From the NCBI GenBank assembly GCA_038845975.1, contig JAWBQF010000011.1, positions 11,590 through 75,589 on the forward strand: a DNA stretch of 64,000 bases. The letters run 5' to 3'. The position numbers and the translations under genes are program-made. Each line of letters opens with the position of its first letter. The first letter of the stretch is position 1. The notes under the pieces were generated by a model that saw only the letters and a program-made list of their open reading frames with translations, was not told the DNA's origin and made no database searches. Source of the DNA: Candidatus Methanomethylicia archaeon (GTDB lineage: Archaea > Thermoproteota > Methanomethylicia > CALHIW01). Positions 1-10,670 of this stretch are shown one piece after another.

Positions 1-181
1 TAAATAATCCATTATAAAACATTAAATTTAAGCTTATATAGCATTATAAATCTACATCTACCATATTTCCTAAACGGGAGCTTAATATGATCCTAGAACC
101 ACAATGATGTTTAAAATATTAACTTAATGCTAATTAAGCTAGGTAACACTAAGCTTAAATGAAATTCAAATATACTACTAT

Positions 182-1591
182 ATGGTTTTAAATCTGATTT
201 CAAAAGAGGATATTGAGAAAATACATTTAGCAACTATAAACATCCTTTATAAGGTTGGAGTTAAGTTTAATGATGAGGAGGCTTTAAGAGTTTTTGATGA
301 AAATGGGGCTGAAGTAGACTATAAGGGTAAAATTGTAAAAATAAATGAATCACTCATTAAGGAAGCCATTATGAAATGTCCTAAAACCATTAAACTATAC
401 TCTAGAAATCAGAGAAACTTTTTTGAGGTAGGGAATGGTAAGACTTATACTCATACTCCTGAAGGAGCACATTTAGTAGAGGATTTGGAAACCGGTGTGG
501 TTAGGCCAGCATTATTAGAAGATATGGAGAACTTCATAAAGCTCATCAATAATTTAGATAATATAAACGTATATGCCCCTATAGTAGATCCTCAAGATAT
601 ACCGCTTAAAGTAAGGGATCTATATAGAAGTAAGATTTCACTAGAAAATCTAGAGAAGCATTTCATAATATGTAGCCACTCATATGAGGGAATGGTACAT
701 AGTGTTAAGATGGCAAGCATTATAGTTGGAGGAATAGATGAGCTTGTAAAAAGACCAATAGTAACCGGTGATGGAGGAGCAGTAAGCCCATTAACCTCTT
801 CAAATCATAATCTTAAAATTCTTAAGTACTGTGCAAGCATAGGATTACCATGTAGTATAGGATCTATGCCTCAAGCTGGAGCTACAGCTCCTGCAAGCCT
901 AGCTGGAACAATAGTACTTCAGAATGCTGAAAACCTATCATGGATAACCCTAGCACAGCTAATTAAGCCTAAACTTCCAGTAATATCCCTTACTAGAGCT
1001 TCAATAATGGATTTAAGAAATGGAAGACTTGCTGCTGGAGCTCCTGAAGCAGTAATAATGTCTGCTATTTTGACTCAACTATATAAACACTATGAGATTC
1101 CTGTAGATTCCGGATGGTGTGTTTCAGACTCTATACTTCTTGATGTTCAAGTAGGCTACGATAAGATGCCTATGATGCTTATATCCATACTTTCAAATGC
1201 TGACTTCATTTCCGGATTTGGGCTTATAGGTTCGGGCTCTATTGCAAGCTATCTCCAACTAGTAATAGATGATGAAGCTTTCTCAATAGTTTCACGTATA
1301 GCTAGAGGAGTAGAAATAAATGATGAAAGTCTAGCTTTAGACATAATTGGTAAAGTAGGTCCTGAAGGAAGCTTTCTAGGTGAGAAACATACAATAAAAA
1401 CCATAAAGATGGGAGAATACTTCTTCCCGAAGGTATTTAGTAGAATAGGAAAGGAAGGAGAAAGTATTACTTGTCGTGCAAGAAGAAAGGTGATGGAACT
1501 TCTTTCAAAAAGTCAACCAGAACCATTACCCATAGATGTTAGGAAGGAACTGAATACCTACTTCAATGAAGCTTTAAAACAGGTGACTTAA
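182..1591 (+). CDS. MttB-superfamily (trimethylamine methyltransferase-like) corrinoid methyltransferase, pyrrolysine-free
   Basis: 469 aa with MttB family motifs (IHLATINILYKVGV, GATAPASLAGTIVLQNAE, SDSILLDVQVGYDK, VGPEGSFLGEKHT). No in-frame TAG. Confidence 0.9.
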   Translation: MVLNLISKEDIEKIHLATINILYKVGVKFNDEEALRVFDENGAEVDYKGKIVKINESLIKEAIMKCPKTIKLYSRNQRNFFEVGNGKTYTHTPEGAHLVEDLETGVVRPALLEDMENFIKLINNLDNINVYAPIVDPQDIPLKVRDLYRSKISLENLEKHFIICSHSYEGMVHSVKMASIIVGGIDELVKRPIVTGDGGAVSPLTSSNHNLKILKYCASIGLPCSIGSMPQAGATAPASLAGTIVLQNAENLSWITLAQLIKPKLPVISLTRASIMDLRNGRLAAGAPEAVIMSAILTQLYKHYEIPVDSGWCVSDSILLDVQVGYDKMPMMLISILSNADFISGFGLIGSGSIASYLQLVIDDEAFSIVSRIARGVEINDESLALDIIGKVGPEGSFLGEKHTIKTIKMGEYFFPKVFSRIGKEGESITCRARRKVMELLSKSQPEPLPIDVRKELNTYFNEALKQVT

Positions 1592-3225
1592 TGATCTACG
1601 ATATAATTATTAGGAATGGATATATAATTGACGGAACTGGAAATCCATGGTTTAAATCTGATATAGGAATATCAAACGGTAAAATAGCTAAAATAGGGAA
1701 GAATATTACTGGTAAAGCTGAGAAAAAAATAGATGCTAATAAGCTTTTTATTTCTCCAGGATTCATAGATATACATACCCACTCCGATCTTACCCTACTA
1801 ATCAATCCTAAAGCAGACAGCAAAATAAGACAGGGAGTAACAACAGAAGTTATAGGTAACTGTGGTTTATCAGCTGCTCCAGTAAATAAAGAGAATTTAA
1901 GACTACATAAGAAGCTTTTTGAACCATACTCTGAGTATGTATCTTGGAGTTGGAGAACAGTAGAAGAATACTTCAAAGCAATGGAGGATAATGGATTATG
2001 CATGAATGTAGCTGCTCTAGTAGGTCATGGAACTATAAGAACAGCCGTTATGGGTTTCAATGATGATCCGCCTACAGAGGGGGAAATGAAGGAAATGAAG
2101 CTTCTAGTTGAGCAAGCGATGATGGATGGAGTATTTGGGATATCTACTGGACTTGTCTATCCTCCAAACTGCTTCTCAAATACTGAGGAAATAATAGAGC
2201 TATGTAGAGTTGTAGCTAGATATGGGGGAATATATGCTACCCATGTTAGAGGCGAAAGAGAAAGCTTTCTAGAAGCTATTAGAGAAGCTATACTCATAGG
2301 GGAGAAGACTAGAATTTCAGTTCAGCTATCACATAATGCTCCTAAATACGGCGCTTGGAGTATGCTGAGGAAATCCCTAAAAATTATTGAGGAAGCTAGA
2401 GTAAATGGTTTGGATATAACTCTAGATAATGATACTCAGAGGGATTGGCATGGATTCTTAACAAGCATTCTTCCACCTAAAATGCAAATAATGAATATAG
2501 ATGAGATAATAGATCTCTTGAGGAATCCAATAAGACGTGAAGAAGTAAAGAGAGAGATTGTTGAAGATAAAATTCCCGGTTTTGGACCTATAGGTTTAGT
2601 TAAGCATGGTAGATGGGATAAAATTATTCTCTTCAAGTCAAAAAGGAAGGATTTTGTAGGTAAAAGCTTTGATGAAATCTCTAAGATGCTTAATAAGGAT
2701 CCATTTGAGCTTTATTTTGATGTGTTAATTGAGGAGGAGAAGGATGCTGAGGTTATTTTTAGTGAGTATGTTAGTGAGGAGGATATTGTATCTATACTTA
2801 AACATCCATTATCCATGATTTCAACAGATTCTATTGCAAGTAGCCCACATGGAGTTTTAGGTAAGCTCTCATCATATTATCCAGCAAACTATGGAGAATA
2901 CCCGAGAATTCTGGGGAAATATGTTAGGGATGAAGGGGTTTTGAGGCTTGAGGAAGCAGTTAGAAAGGCAACATCTTTTCCAGCTCAAAAACTTGGAATA
3001 TTTGATAGAGGGATTATTAGGGAGGGTATGTGGGCTGATATTGTAGTATTTGATCTAGGTGAAATCAAGGATAATGCTACAGGCAAATTTCCTCACGAAT
3101 ACCCTAATGGAATTGAATATGTAATCATAAATGGGGAAATAGTTGTAGAGAATAGAGAATATACCGGTTTACTGCCAGGTAGGGTTTTAAGACGTTTAAA
3201 CCCTAACCTACGTATTAAATATTGA
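1591..3225 (+). CDS. N-acyl-D-amino-acid deacylase family amidohydrolase
   Basis: PGFIDIHTHSD, GNCG, HVRGE, SH and STD metal-ligand motifs, plus RGIIREGMWADIVVFD. ATG overlaps the upstream TAA. Confidence 0.88.
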   Translation: MIYDIIIRNGYIIDGTGNPWFKSDIGISNGKIAKIGKNITGKAEKKIDANKLFISPGFIDIHTHSDLTLLINPKADSKIRQGVTTEVIGNCGLSAAPVNKENLRLHKKLFEPYSEYVSWSWRTVEEYFKAMEDNGLCMNVAALVGHGTIRTAVMGFNDDPPTEGEMKEMKLLVEQAMMDGVFGISTGLVYPPNCFSNTEEIIELCRVVARYGGIYATHVRGERESFLEAIREAILIGEKTRISVQLSHNAPKYGAWSMLRKSLKIIEEARVNGLDITLDNDTQRDWHGFLTSILPPKMQIMNIDEIIDLLRNPIRREEVKREIVEDKIPGFGPIGLVKHGRWDKIILFKSKRKDFVGKSFDEISKMLNKDPFELYFDVLIEEEKDAEVIFSEYVSEEDIVSILKHPLSMISTDSIASSPHGVLGKLSSYYPANYGEYPRILGKYVRDEGVLRLEEAVRKATSFPAQKLGIFDRGIIREGMWADIVVFDLGEIKDNATGKFPHEYPNGIEYVIINGEIVVENREYTGLLPGRVLRRLNPNLRIKY

Positions 3226-3282
3226 TAAATTAAACCTAATCTAATATACTCTATATGATATAGAAATCATAGCCTCAGGCTA

Positions 3283-4566
3283 TTATACAGTTCCTAGAAG
3301 CTTAATATAGCATCTTGCCAGTATTTTTGTTAATGCATTAAGATCCTCTATGTTTATGTTTTCATCAACTCCATGAGCATTAGACTCCTCCCTACTTACC
3401 CCAATACTAACTACAGGTATTCCTAAAGCACTTATAAATGATATGTCTGAGGATCCCTGCTCTCCTACAGCAGGTACATTTATGTTTAGTACTTCCCTTA
3501 TAGAGTCTTGAATAATTTTAACCAATGGATGGTCTGGATTAAGAATTCTTGAAGGGGGGTAGTATGCTCTATATTTAAAACCTATATTTACGTTATTATT
3601 TCTTGAATACTCCTCAACAACTTCTCTTATCTCTTTTACTGCTTCCTCCAGATTTTCTTCAGGTATCATTCTCCTATCAATTATTACTGTACATCTATCA
3701 GGTATTATGTTAGATTTTAATCCACCCTCTACTACATTAACATATAGTCCAGGCCTCATGTAATTAACACCATTAATTGGCTTAATAGGTATTTTAGATC
3801 TTCTCTCAGAAATTCTGTTAGCCAGCTCTTTAATCCTACATATTAAAGATGCTGTATGCTCTATAGCATTTACTCCACGCCAACCCATTCCTGAATGATA
3901 AGACTTCCCATAAACCGTTATTATAATCTCTATATCTCCAAGATCAGCTATTCCTATTTCATCTATGCTTCCATCTGTTGAAATACAGTAGTTAATCTCT
4001 CTGTTTATAACTCCTTTATCTATAAGGTATCGAATGCCCGTATAGCCTCCGAGCTCCTCATCAGTTGTAAATGTAGCTATAATACTTCCTCTAAGCTTAA
4101 TGTTTAAGCTCTTTATGGCCAGCATAGAGTAGACCATAGCTCCTAAAGCTCCCTTCATATCTGAGGATCCTCTACCATAGATTTTACCATTCTTAACAAT
4201 ACCACTAAATGGATCTATACTCCATCCCTCAGTAGTTGCTGGTACAACATCAGTATGGCCATTAGTTAAAAGAATAGGATTTCCCCATCCTAAGTAAGCT
4301 ACAATATTTACTCGAGAACCTGAGAAGTCTAATATGCCATCATCTTTCATCTTACTCGTAAGCAAGTTATCAGGTATACTATAGGTTTCAGCTCTTAAAC
4401 CCCCTTCAATAAACTTACTGGCAATCGCATTTGCAATTACATCATAGTTTCTTCCAGGAGGAGTTGATGTATTGATTCTAATAAGCTTACAGGTAAAATC
4501 AACAAGACTATTTGTATGCTTATCAATCCATAAATCAACCATTCTTATTAAATCATTATAATTCAT
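3283..4566 (-). CDS. M20 family metallohydrolase (ArgE/DapE-like)
   Basis: NGHTDVVP, GRGSSDMKG, DEE, NAHGVDE motifs. Confidence 0.9.
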   Translation of the reverse strand: MNYNDLIRMVDLWIDKHTNSLVDFTCKLIRINTSTPPGRNYDVIANAIASKFIEGGLRAETYSIPDNLLTSKMKDDGILDFSGSRVNIVAYLGWGNPILLTNGHTDVVPATTEGWSIDPFSGIVKNGKIYGRGSSDMKGALGAMVYSMLAIKSLNIKLRGSIIATFTTDEELGGYTGIRYLIDKGVINREINYCISTDGSIDEIGIADLGDIEIIITVYGKSYHSGMGWRGVNAIEHTASLICRIKELANRISERRSKIPIKPINGVNYMRPGLYVNVVEGGLKSNIIPDRCTVIIDRRMIPEENLEEAVKEIREVVEEYSRNNNVNIGFKYRAYYPPSRILNPDHPLVKIIQDSIREVLNINVPAVGEQGSSDISFISALGIPVVSIGVSREESNAHGVDENINIEDLNALTKILARCYIKLLGTV

Positions 4567-4599
4567 AATTTATCCAGACTTGTAAGTATATAAATTATT

Positions 4600-5250
4600 C
4601 TAAACCAAACTTTGCGGCATACCTTATAGCAACTTAAAGACTTTACTAGTTTAAGCAGGTTAGTATCGAGGCATCCATAGACTGGATTAGAGACTTATGT
4701 TTAAATAGAGTTTAACCATAAATCCTTAAGGAAGGTGGAGAAACCGATAGTTATAGCTACTGATGCTAGTTGTAAGTGTTCATAGATGTAGTGGATGAAT
4801 TGAACACTTATACGGTAAGAAGAAATACATAAGATACAATTCACAGTTAAGAGTAAGGAGACTATACCCATCATGCTACAACAGATAACGTACACAATTC
4901 AAGCCCTACCACAGTAATTAGGAGAAAGCTAAGCATAGAAGTATATGTGAAGCCTATTGATAATTTCTCTAAACTTATAGACTCCTAAACAGTGTTAAAG
5001 CATTAATTAAGCCTAGACGTAATATAAGGGTCGATAAGGCCTTAAATAGGCATAAAGCTGCAAGACTGTAAGAGGGTAGGAAGTAAAGCGTGATCTTTAG
5101 GCTACGGTAGGTACTAAATCATTGAAACAGTTTTCAACATTTAAAGCACCTTAGGAGAATACTGCATGGTTAAGGAGCTAATAACAAAAGCATATATTGT
5201 GAAAAACCTATTTCAATATTATACTTATCAATTACGCTTCCTAACACAAC
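4600..5250 (+). mobile_element. Heavily degraded IS5-family (IS903-group) transposase remnant; limits approximate
   Basis: Fragments parallel the element at 22295-23255 (KPIVIATDAS, GYGR..IETVFSTFK..GEYCM). Confidence 0.6.
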
Positions 5251-5524
5251 CGATACAAATCATAGATGTTAAATCACTAAATCTATGAATCCATCTATGT
5301 ATAACCTCATAGCTACGATTGATAGCTAGAATTTTTACTTGCCTCCTTAAACTACATCCTGAAGATTAATAAAGCTGCAATATATGAAGAATAATCTTAT
5401 CATAACAAAGGAGCATGACTACTAACCGTACAAATATAGAGTAAGAGTAACGCTAACTAAATATCTAAGTTAATAAGATGTTTAGTTTATTAAAACTATG
5501 TATTTTGCTTAATACTACTTATAG

Positions 5525-6415
5525 TTAACGTCTTCTTAATTTTGGATTTAGAACTTCGTCAAGGGCATGCCCAACAAGTGTAAATGCTAGGACAACAAGT
5601 GTTATGCATATTCCTGGAGGAATAAACCACCAATAAGCTCCTTTCAGAAATCCACCTCTAATACGCGCAAAGTATAGTATCATACCCCAGCTCTTATAGG
5701 TAACATCGCTTAATCCTAGAAAGGATAATCCTGCTTCTGAAACTATGGCACCTGATACATTTAGAATTGCGTTTGCAAAGAGTAGAGGCATAATGTTTGG
5801 AAGAATATATGATTTAAGTATGTAGAAGTCAGATGCACCAATAACTTTAGCTGACTCAACGAAGACTCTCTCTTTCAGTGATAGTACTTGTGATCTAATT
5901 ATTCTAGCAGTATATGGCCAACTTAATAGTCCAATAACTATTATTACTGTATTTATGCTTGGCCCCATGTATGCTGCAAGCAGAATCATTAATGGGAATG
6001 ATGGTATAACAATAAATATATCTGTAATCCTCATTAGAAGGCTATCTATCCTACTAAAATATCCTGAAAATATTCCAATAGATCCTCCAATAACTGTTGA
6101 TATTAAGGCAGCGAGAAATCCAACAGTTAAAGAAATTCTTGCCCCATGAATTAATTCACTGAGAATATCTTGACCAACATCATTAGTTCCAAGAATATGC
6201 TCCCAGCTTGGAGGAGCATAAATATTTAATGAGAATTTATATGGATTATATGGAGAAATAAAATCAGCAAATATAGCTATAAATATGAAGAATAAAAGAA
6301 TAGTAAGACCTACCATACCCATTCTATTAGATCTGTAAATACTCCAAAACGTATTCACCCTCTTTACTGTAATCAGGTATCCTCTAGATTTTAGTCTTTT
6401 AATCATAGGCTTCAT
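5525..6415 (-). CDS. dppC: Peptide/nickel ABC transporter permease (DppC/OppC)
   Basis: HILGTNDVGQDILS, EAA loop FVESAKVIGAS, LSFLGL. Confidence 0.9.
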   Translation of the reverse strand: MKPMIKRLKSRGYLITVKRVNTFWSIYRSNRMGMVGLTILLFFIFIAIFADFISPYNPYKFSLNIYAPPSWEHILGTNDVGQDILSELIHGARISLTVGFLAALISTVIGGSIGIFSGYFSRIDSLLMRITDIFIVIPSFPLMILLAAYMGPSINTVIIVIGLLSWPYTARIIRSQVLSLKERVFVESAKVIGASDFYILKSYILPNIMPLLFANAILNVSGAIVSEAGLSFLGLSDVTYKSWGMILYFARIRGGFLKGAYWWFIPPGICITLVVLAFTLVGHALDEVLNPKLRRR

Positions 6416-7395
6416 CCATATCTTATTCTAGGATCAAGTACTCCGTAAACTATGTCAGCTATAAAGTTTGCAAGTAGAACACTCAATGCTATTATGAAGA
6501 ATGCGCCCTGAATTACTGGATAATCACGGTCACTAACAGCATTGTAGATTATTGTTCCTACACCAGGCCATGAGAAAACGGTTTCTGTTAATACTGCTCC
6601 CGCAACTATAAGCCCTATCTCTATAGCAGCATAGGATATGGCTGGTAGAAGAGCGTTTCTTGCAGCATGCTTAAACATTATTGTTGACTCCTTCAACCCC
6701 TTGGCATAAGCTGTTAATATATAATCCTCAGTAAGTGTTTCAATAATGGAGCTTCTTACAATCAAGTATTGACCTCCATAAAGTATTAAGGTTAAAGCAA
6801 TTGTCGGTAAAACCATATGTTTAATAACATTAAGTATATATGCAGGTGAAAAAGCGAATGTTATAAACTCAGGATCAAATGCTCCACCAATAGGGAATAT
6901 ACGTATCCTAACTGCAAAAAAGAATATGAGGAGCATACCTATCCAAAATACAGGTGTTGAATATGTTGCTAATGCAACAATTAAGCTTGCTATATCAAAT
7001 CTTCCTCCCCTTCTCCAGCCAGAGATAATACCTAGAACTGTTCCTATTAAAATTGCTAGAAATGTAGAGAACCCAACTAGAAGTATAGTCCACGGCAACC
7101 CATACATTAACACCTCTATTACTGGTGTTGGATAACGTGAAAGCGAAACTCCTAAATCTCCTCTAAGTAGATTACTTAAGTAAATTATGAATTGCTCATG
7201 TAGTTGCTTATCTAAACCATAGGTTTTAAGTAGAGCTATTCTCTCCTCATAGCTCATTTGAACCCTACTTCCAATCAATCTACTAACAGGGTCTCCAGGC
7301 ATTAAACGAGGTAGTAAAAAATTAATTATAATTATTATAAAAAATGTTATTGTTGTATCTATTCCTCTCTTCACTATATATCTTCTTAACCCCAT
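6412..7395 (-). CDS. dppB: Peptide/nickel ABC transporter permease (DppB/OppB)
   Basis: PGDP, TAYAKGL, ETVFSWPGVG, RDYPVIQG, LDPRIR. Confidence 0.92.
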   Translation of the reverse strand: MGLRRYIVKRGIDTTITFFIIIIINFLLPRLMPGDPVSRLIGSRVQMSYEERIALLKTYGLDKQLHEQFIIYLSNLLRGDLGVSLSRYPTPVIEVLMYGLPWTILLVGFSTFLAILIGTVLGIISGWRRGGRFDIASLIVALATYSTPVFWIGMLLIFFFAVRIRIFPIGGAFDPEFITFAFSPAYILNVIKHMVLPTIALTLILYGGQYLIVRSSIIETLTEDYILTAYAKGLKESTIMFKHAARNALLPAISYAAIEIGLIVAGAVLTETVFSWPGVGTIIYNAVSDRDYPVIQGAFFIIALSVLLANFIADIVYGVLDPRIRYG

Positions 7396-7404
7396 CTGCT
7401 ACCC

Positions 7405-9222
7405 CTATTTCCTCCTTCTTATAGCAATAGCTACTGCTAATATAACAATAATAACCACAACAATCCCGATAACCCACATTTCTAATCCTGGAGCTGCTGG
7501 AGGAGTTGGTGTAACTATTGGTGTTGTTATTGGAGTTGACATTGGAATTGTCGGTGTAGTGGGTGTTGTTACTGGTGGCGTAGTTGTTGGAGTTGGCTTA
7601 ACTACTCTATGTACTTTTAACCAGGTCCATGGATTCACATCAGTAACTATTCCTGAAGGAAAGGGAACATAGCCTATAAATGTATCTGTTCTATATGGAT
7701 ATGTACAGTACTGCATGTATAATGGAAGCATTGGTAATTCATCAGCAAATATTTCCTGCATTTTCCAAATTATTTCTCTTCTTTTATTTAGATCAACTTC
7801 AACACGTTGCTCTCTATAGAGTTGATCCCATAAGCTACTATTATATCCCATACAGTTCATTCCATACTCTACATACTCCCAGCTACACATAGTACTTAGC
7901 ATATAGTCTGGATCTAAATCTCCATCCCCAACCATTACCATGCAGAAATCATGTTTTACATACGCCTTATTGATCATTGTATCGAAGTCTAAAGGTACAA
8001 CGCTTACTCTTAATCCAAGCTCTGTCCACCAGAGCTGCATTAGTTGAGCTGCTCTTATTCTAACTGGATCATAGTTTGGAGGGTTTATTTCTAGCTCTAT
8101 GGGTTTTCCATTCTCATCCTCTCTAACACCATCCCCATTTGTATCTATATAGCCTAACTTATCAAGTATCTCCTTAGCTTTTGTTATGTTAAACTTGTAT
8201 TTTGGTAGATTTGGATTATACCAGAAATCTAATGCGGATGCTATCAGAGAGTATTGTGGTTCACCATACTTTGTTCCTATTACTGTTTTTACTATTTCTT
8301 CACGATCTGTAGCGTAGGCTAAAGCATGTCTAAACTCCTTTACATCAAGTGGATGCTTCTTAATGTTAAAGTATGTTATGTATACGTAGTAATCTGGAGA
8401 ATTGTCAATTGCTATGTTTGGATCTGCTTCAAGATCAGGTATTACAGCTGCTGGTGAATACCATGGTACTACATCTACTTCCCCTGCTCTAAGAGCCATT
8501 ATCATCGAGTCAAGATCCTTATATATCTTTATTATAACTCCATCTACGTATGGTTTCTTTCCCCAGTATTTCTCGTTTGTTTTCAACTTAATATACTGTT
8601 CAGGGACTCTTCCTTCAAATACAAACATTCCGCTGCCTATGAACTTATCATTCTTAAACTCTTCAGGTTTCTCAATACCTCCCCATATATGTTTTGGTAA
8701 TATAGGCACTGACCTTAAGGTTCTAGTTAGAAATGTTGCTGACTTCTCACTAAGATAGAATCTAACAGTATATTTATCTATTACTTCAACATGATCTATG
8801 AATTCAACTCTACTTATAAAGGGAGCAACTTCCTTTTCCTTAATATAGTTGAAGGTAAATGCAACATCTTCAGAGGTAAGGGGAACTCCATCATGCCATG
8901 TTGCATTCTTAACTATTTCAAGGGTCCAAACCAATCCATCATTTGAAACATTCCATTTCGTTGCTAGCCATGGTGTAACTTTAATACTTGGATCAAATAC
9001 AACCAATGTATCATAACACATTGAAGTAACAATATAGCTCCACCAGCTCTGTTGATACAATACGTTTTGAGTTTCCATATCACTCATGAAGGCAACTCTT
9101 AAAACTCCTCCATACTCCTCTCTTAAACTCTGAAAAGCAAAGAATTGAGGAAGTCCTAGAACTATAATTAGAAACACTAGCGCAATAAGTTTGCTCCTAC
9201 TTAACATTTTAAAGTACATCAT
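7405..9222 (-). CDS. dppA: Peptide ABC transporter substrate-binding protein (family 5)
   Basis: N-terminal signal, WHDGVPLTSEDVAFT, IGSGMF, then a Thr/Pro linker, C-terminal TM anchor and RRRK. Confidence 0.9.
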   Translation of the reverse strand: MMYFKMLSRSKLIALVFLIIVLGLPQFFAFQSLREEYGGVLRVAFMSDMETQNVLYQQSWWSYIVTSMCYDTLVVFDPSIKVTPWLATKWNVSNDGLVWTLEIVKNATWHDGVPLTSEDVAFTFNYIKEKEVAPFISRVEFIDHVEVIDKYTVRFYLSEKSATFLTRTLRSVPILPKHIWGGIEKPEEFKNDKFIGSGMFVFEGRVPEQYIKLKTNEKYWGKKPYVDGVIIKIYKDLDSMIMALRAGEVDVVPWYSPAAVIPDLEADPNIAIDNSPDYYVYITYFNIKKHPLDVKEFRHALAYATDREEIVKTVIGTKYGEPQYSLIASALDFWYNPNLPKYKFNITKAKEILDKLGYIDTNGDGVREDENGKPIELEINPPNYDPVRIRAAQLMQLWWTELGLRVSVVPLDFDTMINKAYVKHDFCMVMVGDGDLDPDYMLSTMCSWEYVEYGMNCMGYNSSLWDQLYREQRVEVDLNKRREIIWKMQEIFADELPMLPLYMQYCTYPYRTDTFIGYVPFPSGIVTDVNPWTWLKVHRVVKPTPTTTPPVTTPTTPTIPMSTPITTPIVTPTPPAAPGLEMWVIGIVVVIIVILAVAIAIRRRK

Positions 9223-9274
9223 AATCCCAATATATTAAGACAAGTAAATATATAAATTTTAATATGGATAGAAT

Positions 9275-10118
9275 GGCTTTGTTAACTTTAAGGTTTGTGG
9301 CTTAATATTCATTTCTCGTAATCTATATCATTAAATACTTAGGAATGTTTATTAAGCTTTCTCGTACTTTATGTAAACTTGAATTTGCAAATTTCAGAAT
9401 TAAGCCACAAAGCAAACTTTAGATTTATTTGTGAGTTCCCTCCCCTATTTATGGTGTTAGTATGTCTAAAGTTATCAAGTTTGTAGGGAGAGAACTCCAT
9501 TTACTCTAGTTGTTATGGTGCTTACATATATTTTCGTTCTTCTAGGATGGCTTCAGATATTTTAATTTTTATTGTTGTAGGAGTTATGCATCTATATTAT
9601 CGTGGTTTATCTTAATCTTCTATTGATTTTGATAGGAGGGATGTTAGGATCGTTATGGTTGATGATACTATTATTAATGTGGGATCTATGAGGAAGATTG
9701 TTTATGTTGCATTCGAGCCATTACTGAGAAGGATTCTACATATGGGTTTGCGATGCTGCAACATACTTACATCACTAACATTAGAAAATTAGAGCTATTT
9801 ACGGTTCTAATATAGCTGTATTAAGTGATGGAGCTCAATACTATAAGCATCATGAGAATATTAAAATTAAAACATGAATTGTATAGTTTAGAGGTTAAGA
9901 ATCTAATGGAGAGAATAATACAGCATATAGGATAGAACTGGATTATTCGATAATTATATACCGTGCATGAAGGATAAATGCGGTAATGAGCATTAATGCT
10001 TATGAAGTCAGTAGCATAGCTAAACGAAACATGGATTAACAGGAAATAAAAGCTAAGAATTCATAGAAAACATAATACCAAAATAGAGGTAATAAAACAT
10101 GCTTAAGTTAACAAAGCC
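9275..10118 (+). mobile_element. Degenerate IS6-family element
   Basis: Perfect 14-bp TIRs GGCTTTGTTAACTT (9275) and AAGTTAACAAAGCC (ends 10118). Frameshifted DDE fragments VDDTIINVG, AFEP, SDGAQY, KNLMERIIQH. Related copy at 58877-59559. Confidence 0.8.
9292..9413. mobile_element. 122-bp MITE with IS903-group TIRs, nested at the IS6 left end
   Basis: G(G)TTTGTGGCTTAAT...ATTAAGCCACAAAGC ends match the TIRs of 22295-23255. Flanked by duplicated AACTTTA. Confidence 0.8.
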
Positions 10119-10167
10119 GTAGAATATATAGAAAAGCTTTAGTGGAAGTATTTTTATTTCTTAAACT

Positions 10168-10647
10168 ATGTCTAGGGAGATTGATGAGAAAGATCTTCAA
10201 ATTTTAAGAATTTTACAATCAAACTGTAACTTGCCAGTTAAAACTATTGCTAAAATGGTTAATAGCCCAGTCACAACTGTTCATGCGAAAATTAAAAGAC
10301 TTGAAAATCTTGGCTATATAAAATCTTATAAAGCTGTTCTCGATTCTAGAAAATTAGGTAAATCAGTAACGGCTTTCATTTTAGTATCCTTTGCATATAC
10401 TCCGCCTATAGCCTCTAGAATGCTTTCTCAGAGGGATGTAGCTAAGGATATTGCAAAGTTTTCTGAAGTTCAGGAGGTACATATAATAACTGGAGATTGG
10501 GATCTTCTAATTAAGGTTAAGGCTTCAAGTATAGATGAAATAGGTAAGTTTGTAGTTGATAAACTTCGTACAGTACATGGTGTAGAGAAGACGCTAACAT
10601 GCGTTGTATTCGATTCCATAAAGGAAGGTTTTGATATTAGCTTTTAG
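10168..10647 (+). CDS. Lrp/AsnC family transcriptional regulator
   Basis: IDEKDLQILRILQ HTH, EVHIITGDWDLLIKV RAM domain. Confidence 0.92.
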   Translation: MSREIDEKDLQILRILQSNCNLPVKTIAKMVNSPVTTVHAKIKRLENLGYIKSYKAVLDSRKLGKSVTAFILVSFAYTPPIASRMLSQRDVAKDIAKFSEVQEVHIITGDWDLLIKVKASSIDEIGKFVVDKLRTVHGVEKTLTCVVFDSIKEGFDISF

Positions 10648-10670
10648 ATTAGGTTAATAATATTAACCTT

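Noticed and set aside
7490-7600. Low-complexity GTT/GGT-rich repeat
   Set aside because: It encodes the ordinary Thr/Pro linker of DppA.
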